From an uncultured cyanobacterium (GTDB lineage: Bacteria > Cyanobacteriota > Cyanobacteriia > Phormidesmidales > Phormidesmidaceae), in the NCBI GenBank assembly GCA_963793265.1, contig CAWBZI010000001.1, positions 1,120,001 to 1,184,000 of the forward strand: 64,000 nt of DNA. The letters run 5' to 3'. Position 1 is the stretch's first letter. Each line of letters starts with the position of its first letter. The notes beneath the pieces were generated by a model. That model had not been told where the DNA came from. It saw nothing but the letters and a program-made list of their open reading frames with translations, and did no database searches. A program made the position numbers and the translations under genes. Shown in pieces: positions 49,621 through 59,034 of this stretch.

Positions 49621-51003
49621 ATGAATTTTTCCCAGTCAATACAGGCACAGATTGCCGATCAGCGATCACTCTTCGCCACCCTAAAAACGCGCTCCCTAGC
49701 CTTCCGCCGCGCCCAGCTCAAAACCCTAAAAGCCAGCATCACCGCCGCTGCGGCCGACATTTCAGCCGCCCTCAGAGCCGACTTAGGCAAATCCGAAGCC
49801 GAAGCCTATCTCAGCGAAACTGTGCTGTGCCTCAACGACATCGACTTCGCCCTCAAGCACCTGTCACGATGGAGCAAACCCAAACGCGCCCGCGTCCCCA
49901 TTGCCTTCCAGCCCAGCCGCGCCAAAATCATCCCCGAACCGCTTGGCGTCGTGCTCATCATCAGCCCGTGGAACTATCCCTTTCAGCTCGCCATCGGCCC
50001 GCTTGTCAGTGCGATCGCCGCCGGTAACTGCGCCATCATCAAGCCCTCCGAAATCACACCCCACACCTCAGCGTTACTCTCAAAGCTCATCACCAGCACC
50101 TTTCCTCCCGACTACGTAAGCGTCATCGAAGGCAACGCCGACACCGCCCAAGCCCTCCTCGCAGAACCCTTCGACCACATTTTCTTCACCGGCTCCCCCG
50201 CCATCGGCAAAATCGTCATGCGCGCCGCTGCCGAACACCTCACCCCCGTCACCCTGGAGCTAGGCGGCAAAAGTCCGACGATTGTCACCGCCCAGGCCAA
50301 TATTACAGTCGCTGCCCGTCGCATTGTGTGGGGCAAATGCTTTAACGCTGGACAGACCTGCATTGCGCCTGACTATGTGCTGGTTGAAGAGAGCGTTAAG
50401 GGTGAGTTAGTGGAGGCGATCGCCCAAGCCAAAACCGACCTCTACGGCCAAGACATGCTCACCAGCTCCGACTATGGCCGCATCGTCAGCGACCACCACT
50501 TCCAACGCCTCCAAACCCTCCTTTCCACCACCACCGGCACCACCGCCCTCGGCGGACACAGCGACTCCGCCAAGCGCTACTTTGATCTCACCGTCATCGA
50601 CAGCCCCTCCCCCGAAGACGATCTCATGCGCTCCGAAATCTTCGGCCCCATCCTCCCCATCCTCACTATCGAAAACCTCAACGACGCCATCCAATTTATC
50701 AACCAGCGCCCAAAACCGCTTGCCCTCTATCTATTCTCAAACGACCGCGATCAGCAACAAGCCGTCCAAAATCAAACCTCATCCGGCTCATTTTGCATTA
50801 ACGAAACCGTCAGCCAATACGCCATTTCCACCCTTCCCTTCGGTGGCGTCGGCCAAAGCGGCATCGGCGCAGCCCACGGCAAAGCAGGTTTTGACACCTT
50901 CTCTCACTACAAAAGTGTTCTCAAAAATCCATCCTGGCTAGATATCCCGCTCCGCTATCCGCCCTATGCAGGCAAACTGCCGCTGCTCAAAAAGTTGTTG
51001 TAG
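49621..51003 (+). CDS. Aldehyde dehydrogenase (ALDH3-like)
   Basis: PWNYP, FTGS, LELGGKSP, NAGQTCIAPDY, EIFGP and PFGGVG motifs. Confidence 0.95.
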   Translation: MNFSQSIQAQIADQRSLFATLKTRSLAFRRAQLKTLKASITAAAADISAALRADLGKSEAEAYLSETVLCLNDIDFALKHLSRWSKPKRARVPIAFQPSRAKIIPEPLGVVLIISPWNYPFQLAIGPLVSAIAAGNCAIIKPSEITPHTSALLSKLITSTFPPDYVSVIEGNADTAQALLAEPFDHIFFTGSPAIGKIVMRAAAEHLTPVTLELGGKSPTIVTAQANITVAARRIVWGKCFNAGQTCIAPDYVLVEESVKGELVEAIAQAKTDLYGQDMLTSSDYGRIVSDHHFQRLQTLLSTTTGTTALGGHSDSAKRYFDLTVIDSPSPEDDLMRSEIFGPILPILTIENLNDAIQFINQRPKPLALYLFSNDRDQQQAVQNQTSSGSFCINETVSQYAISTLPFGGVGQSGIGAAHGKAGFDTFSHYKSVLKNPSWLDIPLRYPPYAGKLPLLKKLL

Positions 51004-51017
51004 CAAAACGATTATCT

Positions 51018-51437
51018 CTATGCTGACCAGTCCTCAATACTCAAATCTGTTATACGCTCAAAATCTTGGCGGTTGCGTGTAACGAGTGTTGCTTTTTGAG
51101 CCAAAGAAATTGCTGCAATCTTGAGATCTTGTGTACCCGTCCGAAGCTTTCGGGCTAAAAGGACTTGAAAATAAGCCTCTGCTTGAGTGTCGTATTCTAT
51201 AATCCTAAAGCCATCGAGAAACTCTAACGTTCTTGCGAACCAACGATAGACATAAATTCTCTCTTGAGGCTTACTAGCCTTGCGAATCTGCGCTAAACGA
51301 CCTCGAATGAGTTCTTCAGCACTAATCACAGTGATAGCGATCTGAGTAGGTGGAATTGTCAGCAGCTTTTGGCCGATAGGTTCATGGCCACGCTGATACA
51401 GGCTGAGATGATCGCTATCTAATATGTAAAAAGGCAT
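51018..51437 (-). CDS. vapC: PIN-domain (VapC) toxin
   Basis: YILDSDHLS, ISAEE, GTQDLKIAAI and LVTRNRQDF motifs. Confidence 0.88.
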   Translation of the reverse strand: MPFYILDSDHLSLYQRGHEPIGQKLLTIPPTQIAITVISAEELIRGRLAQIRKASKPQERIYVYRWFARTLEFLDGFRIIEYDTQAEAYFQVLLARKLRTGTQDLKIAAISLAQKATLVTRNRQDFERITDLSIEDWSA

Positions 51438-51449
51438 TAAAATACAGCA

Positions 51450-51761
51450 TCACTCCGCAAGAGGATCTGCTTCGCGATCAATTTCTTGACGATATGCTGC
51501 AATTTCAGCTTGCAAATCCTCAAATGTTGGGTCGTCCTTGAACCAACCAAACTTATCAATCCATGGATTTCCCGTCTGTGTTGGCAGCGGAATCTCTACC
51601 TGAATAACTTCCACCTTGTTCGTTAAATAATCAAGGAGGCGAGATTTTAGTTGGGCAATAGCAGCGTCTCGACTGCTTTCAGTCACGATTACTTCGGGCC
51701 ACTCTTTAGCGCGAGCAATATATCTATCGTCTTCTCTACTAAGAATAACATCGTAAATCAT
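51450..51761 (-). CDS. Antitoxin with HicB-like N-terminal fold
   Basis: YDVIL..EDDRYIAR..EWP.....SRDAAI N-domain and NPW..FGWFKDDPTF C-terminus; upstream of a PIN toxin. Confidence 0.7.
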   Translation of the reverse strand: MIYDVILSREDDRYIARAKEWPEVIVTESSRDAAIAQLKSRLLDYLTNKVEVIQVEIPLPTQTGNPWIDKFGWFKDDPTFEDLQAEIAAYRQEIDREADPLAE

Positions 51762-52062
51762 GGCTTATCTCTACTTTATTTTTGGTTATGACCATCGACC
51801 TTTCTATCGATGCTAGAAAGACCTATTTTCTTTAGCTCGCTGCTGAAGACGCTGCGCTAGTTGAGGCTCGATAGATTTTAGGAGGATGTTCGTCATGATG
51901 CAGGAAAGCTCAGAGCAGCTTGTAGTTAGAAGGATATTAGGCTTATAAATTTGAAAAGAACGCTAAGCCTATTGTTGACTTTACTTGAGCCACACGTATG
52001 AAGGTATTGTACAGCTTTCGGTGAGCGGAAGGTGGCGCTTTTAAATAGACCGAAGTCCTCAG

Positions 52063-52251
52063 GCGCTTCGCGCAGGAAAGAAGAGTAGAGGGAAAGAGGG
52101 TAAAAGAGAAAAGTGTAACTTAAGTCTTGGGCGCAATAAAACAGACTACTCGAAAACCGAAGCTGCTGTTGCGGAAGTCGCGCGAATTCCTGTCGCGATC
52201 GGCCGCGCGGCAGTCCGTCGGGAGGCTGAACCACGAACCGCCCCGCAGCAC
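52063..52251 (-). other. Candidate DGR variable region plus downstream pyrimidine tract and GCGC-GAA-GCGC hairpin
   Basis: VLRGGSW-FSL-P-TD-CRAA-D-R-D-RN-S-RD-F-RN-SS-F-GFRVVC with NNC/NNT codons at the variable sites; hairpin at 52063-52073. Confidence 0.7.
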
Positions 52252-52968
52252 TTTATTCGCGTCAGCAGATTCCCAAACACTTCCATCAGCAGGTGCGCCT
52301 TTATAAGACTCATGCCACCCGTCGAGGCACCATTCCCATACATTGCCGTGCATGTCATGTAAGCCAAAGCCATTAGACGGAAAGCTGCCTACGTCTATCG
52401 TTGTCTCGCGAAATTCGCCCTTTGGCCCTTTGCTGTAGTTGCATGAATAAGTTTCGTTTTGATATTCCCAGTCTGTCCCTCGGTAGTTTTCTAAATTGGT
52501 TGTGATAGTCGGCCCAAAGTGAAAAGGCGTTGTTGTCCTCGCGCGGCAGGCATATTCCCACTGCGCTTCGCTGGGTAAAGTATACGACGCTCGTTTTGAG
52601 CGGTGCGATAGCCGTTTACAAAACTCTACCGCCTCCTCCCAGTTAACTCCTTCAACCGGACGTTGTGCACCTTTAAAGTATGCCGGATCTTTCTCCAAGT
52701 CGCGCTCTATCTTATTCATCGCTGCCACCGCCGCCCACTGCGCTTGAGTCACCGCAAGCTTGCCCATCCAAAACTCAGGCATCCTCACCTCATGCTGCGG
52801 ATACTCATCCTGACTAGCGCCTTCTTCTCCTGATGCTGCCCCCATTAAAAACTTTCCACCCGGAATCCGCACCATTTCTAAGCCGATATCATTGCCGAGC
52901 GCTTCAGTAAAATGCTCCGCCGTACCTGGAATCTTCTCAACCTCTTCGCCTTGCTCATTCACTCGCAC
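52120..52968 (-). CDS. FGE-sulfatase (C-type lectin fold) domain, probably the 3' part of the caspase gene
   Basis: EMVRIPGGKFLMG, LPSEAQWEYACRA, GLHDMHGNVWEWC, RGGSW and GFRVVC motifs. The frame stays open upstream to about 53042 with no ATG. Confidence 0.9.
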   Translation of the reverse strand: MRVNEQGEEVEKIPGTAEHFTEALGNDIGLEMVRIPGGKFLMGAASGEEGASQDEYPQHEVRMPEFWMGKLAVTQAQWAAVAAMNKIERDLEKDPAYFKGAQRPVEGVNWEEAVEFCKRLSHRSKRASYTLPSEAQWEYACRARTTTPFHFGPTITTNLENYRGTDWEYQNETYSCNYSKGPKGEFRETTIDVGSFPSNGFGLHDMHGNVWEWCLDGWHESYKGAPADGSVWESADANKVLRGGSWFSLPTDCRAADRDRNSRDFRNSSFGFRVVCFIAPKT

Positions 52969-53029
52969 GCTCTCAAAGCTGAAGGTAGGGTATTGAACAA
53001 CTTTCTCTAAAGTCTTGTATGCCTCCGGC

Positions 53030-54160
53030 TCAGTCGTCCCGATTCAGGAACATTACTCTCATCCGTTCTCCCAAAACCTTCTTTTCTTCAGCTTGCACAT
53101 CTTTATCGGTAAGGCCAAACGTTCGCTGCAAGCTTTTGAACGACTCAATTACATCATCGTCAAAAGGATAGGCCACCGCTTTTTCTTCTTTCAAAGCTTC
53201 AGCATAAAACGCTAGATGTTTCAGTTTTTCTCTATGCGGCCTCAACACCTCATCGATAATCTCTTTTACTAGCTCAGGCGTAATGCCAAGCTGCGGTTGC
53301 CAGTGTTGCACCAACTCCATGCGAGCCGCCGCATTAATTCGCCCATTGCGAGTCATTTTCTGCACTCGCTTGCGATAGCGCTGCACATTATCCACCTGAG
53401 CTTTTGCCACCCAAATATTTTCGCCTGCCTGCCCGTTAAAGATGGTAGGCTCCATCGTCGGTGCCGCCCCAATCACTCGCTTTTCCACATAGTCGTGCCA
53501 GTGCCGCACCGACACAAACTCACGCCCATCTAGCGCCGCGCCTCCGGTTTGCAATCCTTCTACCAGATAGCGAGTATATACAGACAGCTCCTCACCGATC
53601 TGCTCTAGGGCATAGCGCCGAGAAGTAGCCGCCGTCATCACGCACCAGCCCTTACCGCCTAGCTGCGCTTCCACGTCCATGCTGCCGTCATCCATTGTCA
53701 AAAAGCCATCGGCAAAGGCTGCGCCGAAACAACAGTCTAAAACAACAACTTTACGCTCAGCACCGCAGATTCTCAGTACGCCCTTGATAAAATCTGCTTC
53801 AACGGCTGTACCCGTGCTAAGCTGGCCGGTTTTGTGCAGCTTTGATTGCGCGGTTGTGAGATAAAACTTGTCTGTAAGATCCTTAATGCCATGGCCTGTG
53901 AAGTACAGGAGGGCCAGGTCATCTTTGCGAAGTGACTCAAATGTGTCGCTGATGCGCGATCGCATCTCCCCCACATCCGGGTTAATCAGCGACACCACCT
54001 CAAACCCACCAATAGCAGCATCACCCAACACCGCCGCCATCGCCGCCACCCCCTTAGCAGGACATTGCAACGAAGGCAGTCCCTCGCCATAGCTTCCTAC
54101 ACCAATAAGCAGCGCAACTTTCCTACCCGCTTTCTCTGACATACCTACTTCAGCCAACAT
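53030..54160 (-). CDS. Caspase-like peptidase C14 with helical linker
   Basis: KVALLIGV, YFTGHG (catalytic His), VLDCCF (catalytic Cys) and SVYTRYLVEGL motifs. Confidence 0.9.
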   Translation of the reverse strand: MLAEVGMSEKAGRKVALLIGVGSYGEGLPSLQCPAKGVAAMAAVLGDAAIGGFEVVSLINPDVGEMRSRISDTFESLRKDDLALLYFTGHGIKDLTDKFYLTTAQSKLHKTGQLSTGTAVEADFIKGVLRICGAERKVVVLDCCFGAAFADGFLTMDDGSMDVEAQLGGKGWCVMTAATSRRYALEQIGEELSVYTRYLVEGLQTGGAALDGREFVSVRHWHDYVEKRVIGAAPTMEPTIFNGQAGENIWVAKAQVDNVQRYRKRVQKMTRNGRINAAARMELVQHWQPQLGITPELVKEIIDEVLRPHREKLKHLAFYAEALKEEKAVAYPFDDDVIESFKSLQRTFGLTDKDVQAEEKKVLGERMRVMFLNRDD

Positions 54161-54177
54161 CCCCCAGCCATCAAAAT

Positions 54178-54564
54178 CTAGTCCTTAAGCGCCTGATTCA
54201 GGCTTCGTACCTTTTCCTCTACCGCATCAATATCCTGTATCCGTACGCCCTTTATCTCAATTTTGCGCCCATCCCGCTCTATCAAAATATCTATCGGCTT
54301 CCCCGGCAGTCGCTCAAACACTTCCTGCAATGCCACCTTAATGCCCTCACCCGGAATCTCAGCCGTAATCACACCCCACAGCCAGGCTCCTACCCCCATA
54401 CCACCCTCTGGCACATCAGCATCCGACACCCGCTCTACTGTTTCTACCGCATCTACCCGCCGCAGCTCCTTCAGCAGCGTTTGCGTTAGTGCTTCCTGCT
54501 GAGCCTCAGGCATATCGCGATCAGCCTCGCGCCAGTCAACGGTGAGCTGTACAGAATTAGACAT
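54178..54564 (-). CDS. EACC1-like effector-associated protein
   Basis: 128 aa; acidic N-terminus, LT..L..EL, PEGGMG followed by a hydrophobic WLWGVI segment, and a C-terminal beta region GRKIEI; ends 17 nt upstream of the caspase. Confidence 0.65.
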   Translation of the reverse strand: MSNSVQLTVDWREADRDMPEAQQEALTQTLLKELRRVDAVETVERVSDADVPEGGMGVGAWLWGVITAEIPGEGIKVALQEVFERLPGKPIDILIERDGRKIEIKGVRIQDIDAVEEKVRSLNQALKD

Positions 54565-54675
54565 ATGAAATCTTACAAATAAATAGATATGATACGTTAT
54601 TTCATAGTTGTGTGCGAATTAGCGCGATCTACGTCTGTAGCTATAGGTTCCGGTAACAAATCGCACTTAACCACG

Positions 54676-55101
54676 ATGATGCTCGCTAATTCATTAAAAC
54701 CACTTACCCGCTACCGCATTTTCTGTTCTGTTGTAATAGCAATCCTTGTCGCCCTCGGGCTCGGTAGCAAAGTCTATAGCGGCTGGGCGCAGGGCTGGGT
54801 CAACCACTCTAGCGGTGATGTGCTCTACGAAATGCTTTGGATTTGGCTGGTGGGCAGTTGGAGGGTGCGATGGTCGGTTAAAAGAATTGTGATCGCGACC
54901 TTCCTCATCACCGCTATCATTGAATTCACCCAGCTCATCCCCTTCCCCGCCGTCTGGCAGGCTCAGCTCTGGTGGCGCTTACTACTCGGCTCCACCTTTA
55001 CGCTAGGCGACTTTTTTCACTACGCCATAGGCTGCATACTAGGCGCATTTACTCTAATCTGGACACAGCGCCGATTAATCCCGTCTTACAAAACTCGATA
55101 G
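54676..55101 (+). CDS. DUF2809-like membrane protein
   Basis: GDVLYE, IEFTQL and RLLLGSTF..GD...Y.IG motifs. Confidence 0.75.
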   Translation: MMLANSLKPLTRYRIFCSVVIAILVALGLGSKVYSGWAQGWVNHSSGDVLYEMLWIWLVGSWRVRWSVKRIVIATFLITAIIEFTQLIPFPAVWQAQLWWRLLLGSTFTLGDFFHYAIGCILGAFTLIWTQRRLIPSYKTR

Positions 55102-55112
55102 GAGATAAACAT

Positions 55113-55694
55113 ATGGCGATCGCAACCTCGACAACAACTCTCACAACCGCCCTCAAAGAATGGTCAGTCGCCGTCGATGCCCTAGCAAACGGCGAAACTA
55201 TCCTACTCCTGCGCAAAGGCGGCATCAAAGAAAGTCAGGGTAAATTCTCAGCCCAGGCCGAGCGCGCTATTCTCTTTCCCACCTTTGAGCACCAAAAACC
55301 CGAACTGCTCAAGCCTCAATACCAAGCCGCCGCCACACCCGTTACCAAAGGCTGGCACCCCGACCATATCACCCTCAAGGCTTGGGCTCACATCACTCAT
55401 ATCTTTCTCACAGACGAAGCCGACAAAGTTGCTGCCCTTACCCCCTTTCATGTTTGGCAGAACAACCTAGCTCAGGAGCGTTTGAAGTGGAAGCCCAAAC
55501 AGCCGCTATATGTACTCGCGCTACGCGCCTACCGCTTTGCCAAGGCAATTGAGCTGCCTTGGGATGATAGTTATGGTGGCTGTAAGTCTTGGGTAGAGAT
55601 TAATGAAGAGATTGAGGTAGATGAGGCAAAAGCGGCGATCGCACAGGCAGATTATCTAAAGAAGGTAGAGGCGATCGCCCAAATCCTCCGCTAA
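55113..55694 (+). CDS. DUF1802-family protein
   Basis: ALKEWSV, LLRKGGIKE, FPTFEHQ and YGGCKSW motifs; GGAG SD upstream of ATG 55113. Confidence 0.85.
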   Translation: MAIATSTTTLTTALKEWSVAVDALANGETILLLRKGGIKESQGKFSAQAERAILFPTFEHQKPELLKPQYQAAATPVTKGWHPDHITLKAWAHITHIFLTDEADKVAALTPFHVWQNNLAQERLKWKPKQPLYVLALRAYRFAKAIELPWDDSYGGCKSWVEINEEIEVDEAKAAIAQADYLKKVEAIAQILR

Positions 55695-55700
55695 AACAAC

Positions 55701-57746
55701 CTAAGCTCTCGTAGCCGTCACTGGCAAAGGCACATTCTCACTGTGATCCGACTTCTCTCCTAGATCGCCCTCTGCCGTCTCGTTATTCGCCACCACCAGC
55801 CGAGGCACCACAATTGTCACCACCGACCCCTTACCTGCCCCGTCACTACTGATCGTAATATCGCCCTGCATCAGCCGCATAAAGTTCTGAGAAATCGCCA
55901 GCCCTAAGCCCGTGCCCTCATAGGCTCGCGTACGTGAACCATCCACCATCACAAATGGCTTAAACAGCTTCGGCAAACTCTCAGGCGCAATCCCAATCCC
56001 CGAATCTCTCACGATAATTTTCACCCATGGCCCAGACGGCATCATCAAATCGCCAGCAGCCTCATCGCCGTTCTCACCTGCAGTTGTTCTACCACACATC
56101 TCATCGGTTACAACGCTAACCAAAACACCGCCCTCATCTGTGAACTTCATTGCGTTCGAGAGCACATTCAACAACACCTGCTTAAAGCGAGAGAGATCGA
56201 CCGGCACCGTAATCGGCCCAGTCATCTCTGGCCGCACAAGCTGCAACCCCTTCTGTTGAAACAAAAACACCTGCATATCTAAAACGTCTTGTAAAACCGA
56301 TCGCAAATCGACCGAAACCACATTCATATCCAGCGTGCCAGCCTCGATTTTGGCAATATTCAAGATATCTTCAATCACTGATAGCAAGTGCAGCGCCGCC
56401 TTGTCAGCCTGCTGCAAAAACTCCATCTCCTCTTCTCGCGAATCGCAAAGATCGTCCTTAATCACGCGAATAGAGCCAATAATCCCATTCAGCGGCGTCC
56501 GCAGCTCGTGCGACGTGTTTGCTAAAAACTCATTCTTAAGCTGATTAGCCGTTTGCGCATCGTGCCAGGCCCTACGCAGCTCAGCCGAATTCTCCTCTAG
56601 CCGTCGCAGCGTTCGCTCTAGCACCCGCCCCAAATAGTCCAGCTCCCAAATATTAGACGCCTGCGGAGCCGCCTTCAGCTCCGACAAATCGCCTACACCC
56701 TGCGCGTAGCGAATCAACCTTTCTATTGGCAGCGAAAAACTGCGCGCCACATACACTGCCAATAGCGTACTCGTCACAATTAGCCCAACCGTAATCCAGG
56801 CCAGCACCGTGCGAATTTCATCCAAACCAGAAAGCGCACGGTCAATCGGCGTTACCGTCAGCACCGTCCACAGATTGTTCTGCTTTGGGCTTACTGGCAC
56901 CGTAAACCCGCTATAGCCCGCCAGCCACTCCTCACCATCTGGCGGTCGAAAGCGAAAGAGATGCGCAAAATGATCTTCGCCCGCCCTCACGTTACCAATC
57001 ACACTTGTTAGCTTTTCAGACTCTTGCAGCTCAGAAACTGCCTTCCCCACCTGCTCAGGATCAGGATGAGTCACCACCACATCGTTAGGATCAATAATGA
57101 CCGTTTCACCCACCAGCGACTGGTCGTTAATATCTTGAAGCTGCGATATGCACACCTCCATGGCCAGGGTGTAGCGCAGCTTGCCATCGTCCGCGCCATA
57201 AATCGGACTAGCCACTACAAACTTGATGATGGCGCGATCAGGATCAGGCGATGCCATCGGAGCCTTAGAGCCTGGCGAAAAGACAAAAAAGTCAGAGTTG
57301 TCTATGCTGTCGTCTTGTAGCCATGGCACCTGCTTTGGGCTCGGGATAATAGAGCGATCGCACGTATTCACCGTCGCCGCCTCAGCCAAAGGAGCCATCA
57401 GCTCCACACAGCTAATTTGATAGGGCGAATCTTCCTCAAACCGATACAGCAGCTTTCTAATACCGTCTACGTCGCCGCTCTGAAACGCCGTCGTCTGCGC
57501 CACCAAATCCATATTGGCTTCAATCGAGCCAATGCCCGTATCTAGCTCTTCGGCCTTACGAATAGCGCTGCTGGTCAAATTTTGCCGCGCCGTTGTCAGC
57601 AGGCTGGTTCGGGCCTTGCGCAAAGCCACCCACTGCCCAGCCACCAGAATGGGCAGTGTAAACGCTAGAATTTTGAGCAGCAGATTGCGCCGAAAGGAGC
57701 GCGGACGGTTAGCCATAGCGACTTTAAAAACAGTGGGCTCAAACAA
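55701..57746 (-). CDS. Membrane sensor histidine kinase (Cache-like, HAMP, HisKA, HATPase)
   Basis: Two TM helices; SHELRTPL, NVLSNAMKF, DSGIGI and GTGLGL motifs; likely start ATG 57716. Confidence 0.92.
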   Translation of the reverse strand: MFEPTVFKVAMANRPRSFRRNLLLKILAFTLPILVAGQWVALRKARTSLLTTARQNLTSSAIRKAEELDTGIGSIEANMDLVAQTTAFQSGDVDGIRKLLYRFEEDSPYQISCVELMAPLAEAATVNTCDRSIIPSPKQVPWLQDDSIDNSDFFVFSPGSKAPMASPDPDRAIIKFVVASPIYGADDGKLRYTLAMEVCISQLQDINDQSLVGETVIIDPNDVVVTHPDPEQVGKAVSELQESEKLTSVIGNVRAGEDHFAHLFRFRPPDGEEWLAGYSGFTVPVSPKQNNLWTVLTVTPIDRALSGLDEIRTVLAWITVGLIVTSTLLAVYVARSFSLPIERLIRYAQGVGDLSELKAAPQASNIWELDYLGRVLERTLRRLEENSAELRRAWHDAQTANQLKNEFLANTSHELRTPLNGIIGSIRVIKDDLCDSREEEMEFLQQADKAALHLLSVIEDILNIAKIEAGTLDMNVVSVDLRSVLQDVLDMQVFLFQQKGLQLVRPEMTGPITVPVDLSRFKQVLLNVLSNAMKFTDEGGVLVSVVTDEMCGRTTAGENGDEAAGDLMMPSGPWVKIIVRDSGIGIAPESLPKLFKPFVMVDGSRTRAYEGTGLGLAISQNFMRLMQGDITISSDGAGKGSVVTIVVPRLVVANNETAEGDLGEKSDHSENVPLPVTATRA

Positions 57747-58017
57747 CCAGGGAAAGAAAAACGCTCAGCCGCTCTTAGTGATCGCAGCGGATTTACCGAG
57801 ATAGCATCAGCTCAAACAAGCAATATTACGAAAGACACGCTGTAAAAACCTCCAAACCCTCTATCTGTTTTGACCTGCCTATTTTATCGATCAAATTCGT
57901 ACCCTTACGTAATTTGGCCGAAAAGTTAGCCGGTACTCTTATAAAGATAAATAATCTGGTATAAATTACAACCCTACTTGATACACCCACGCTTAGGTAA
58001 ATATAGGCTGTTAGTCC

Positions 58018-58749
58018 ATGCAGAAGCAACCCCGCCCGCACATTACAGCCATCCTAGCCATGAGCGCCGACGGCAAAATCGCCGACGCCACCCGCTCAGC
58101 CGCCCGCTTTCCCTCAGCCGCCGACCAGGCTCACCTAGAAGCGCAGGTTGCCAAAGCCGACGCCACCCTATTTGGAGCCGGAACCCTCAGAGCCTACGGC
58201 ACCACGCTCTCAGTCACCAATCCAGACTTACTTGAGCAGCGGCGCGATCGCCATCAGCCCGCACAACCCGCCCAAATCGTCTGTACCGCCACCGGCAACC
58301 TCGACCCCCACTGTCGCTTTTTCCAGCAGCCCATCCCCCGCTGGCTCCTCACCACCCCCGAAGGTCTACAAGATTGGAAATCTCGCGATCCCGCGCCCAA
58401 TGCCTTTGAGCACATTCAAATTAACGAGCGCCCCTTCAACTGGGAAAAGGTGATGCAGGACTTGTATGCAGGGAAAGTTGCGCTATCTGGGAGAGGCGAT
58501 CGCCCCCCGATCAAAAATCTCCTTATCATGGGCGGCGGCGAGCTAGTCGCCTCACTCCTGGCAGACAATCTGCTCGACGAGCTGCATCTGACCATTTGCC
58601 CTTTACTCATTGGTGGAAAAACTGCACCGACACCCGTAGGCGGATTAGGGTTTGTGCTGCCGAATACGCCTCAGCTTAAGCTACAGTCCACGCGAGTAGA
58701 AGGTGATGAAGTTTTTTTGCACTACGCATGTCAAGCTACAATTAAGTGA
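58018..58749 (+). CDS. RibD C-terminal reductase-family protein
   Basis: AMSADGKI, GAGTLR, GGGELV and DELHLTICP motifs. Confidence 0.88.
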   Translation: MQKQPRPHITAILAMSADGKIADATRSAARFPSAADQAHLEAQVAKADATLFGAGTLRAYGTTLSVTNPDLLEQRRDRHQPAQPAQIVCTATGNLDPHCRFFQQPIPRWLLTTPEGLQDWKSRDPAPNAFEHIQINERPFNWEKVMQDLYAGKVALSGRGDRPPIKNLLIMGGGELVASLLADNLLDELHLTICPLLIGGKTAPTPVGGLGFVLPNTPQLKLQSTRVEGDEVFLHYACQATIK

Positions 58750-58785
58750 AGACAGTTAGCAAATCAATCGGGGAGAAAACTTGTC

Positions 58786-59034
58786 ATGACTCATATTGAA
58801 GAGCAAGTCGTAGACGGCCTCAGAGTTTTGCCTCTTGAAAAACAGCAGAAGGTTTTGGACTTCGTTGAAGCACTTAGGTCAAATTCGGCTGTTCAAAAGA
58901 GTGAATCTATACCCGACAGCAAGACTTTTATCTCTTTCGCAGAAGCAGCTCATAAATACATTGGGTCTGTAGATAGCGGTCATACCGATCTCTCTACGAA
59001 CAAGAAGCATATGGAAGATTTCGGAAAAGTATGA
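58786..59034 (+). CDS. Putative antitoxin (DUF2281-like)
   Basis: LP.EKQQKVLDFVEAL and DLSTNKKHMEDFG motifs; ATGA overlap with a PIN gene. Confidence 0.75.
   Translation: MTHIEEQVVDGLRVLPLEKQQKVLDFVEALRSNSAVQKSESIPDSKTFISFAEAAHKYIGSVDSGHTDLSTNKKHMEDFGKV

Noticed and set aside
46653..50941. Numerous antisense or alternate-frame ORFs within uvrA and the aldehyde dehydrogenase (likewise in acs)
   Set aside because: Expected shadows of GC-rich codon usage in well-supported genes.
51926..52373. Alternative-frame ORFs over the FGE 3' end
   Set aside because: Shadow ORFs of the FGE gene and its downstream tract, with no protein-like features.
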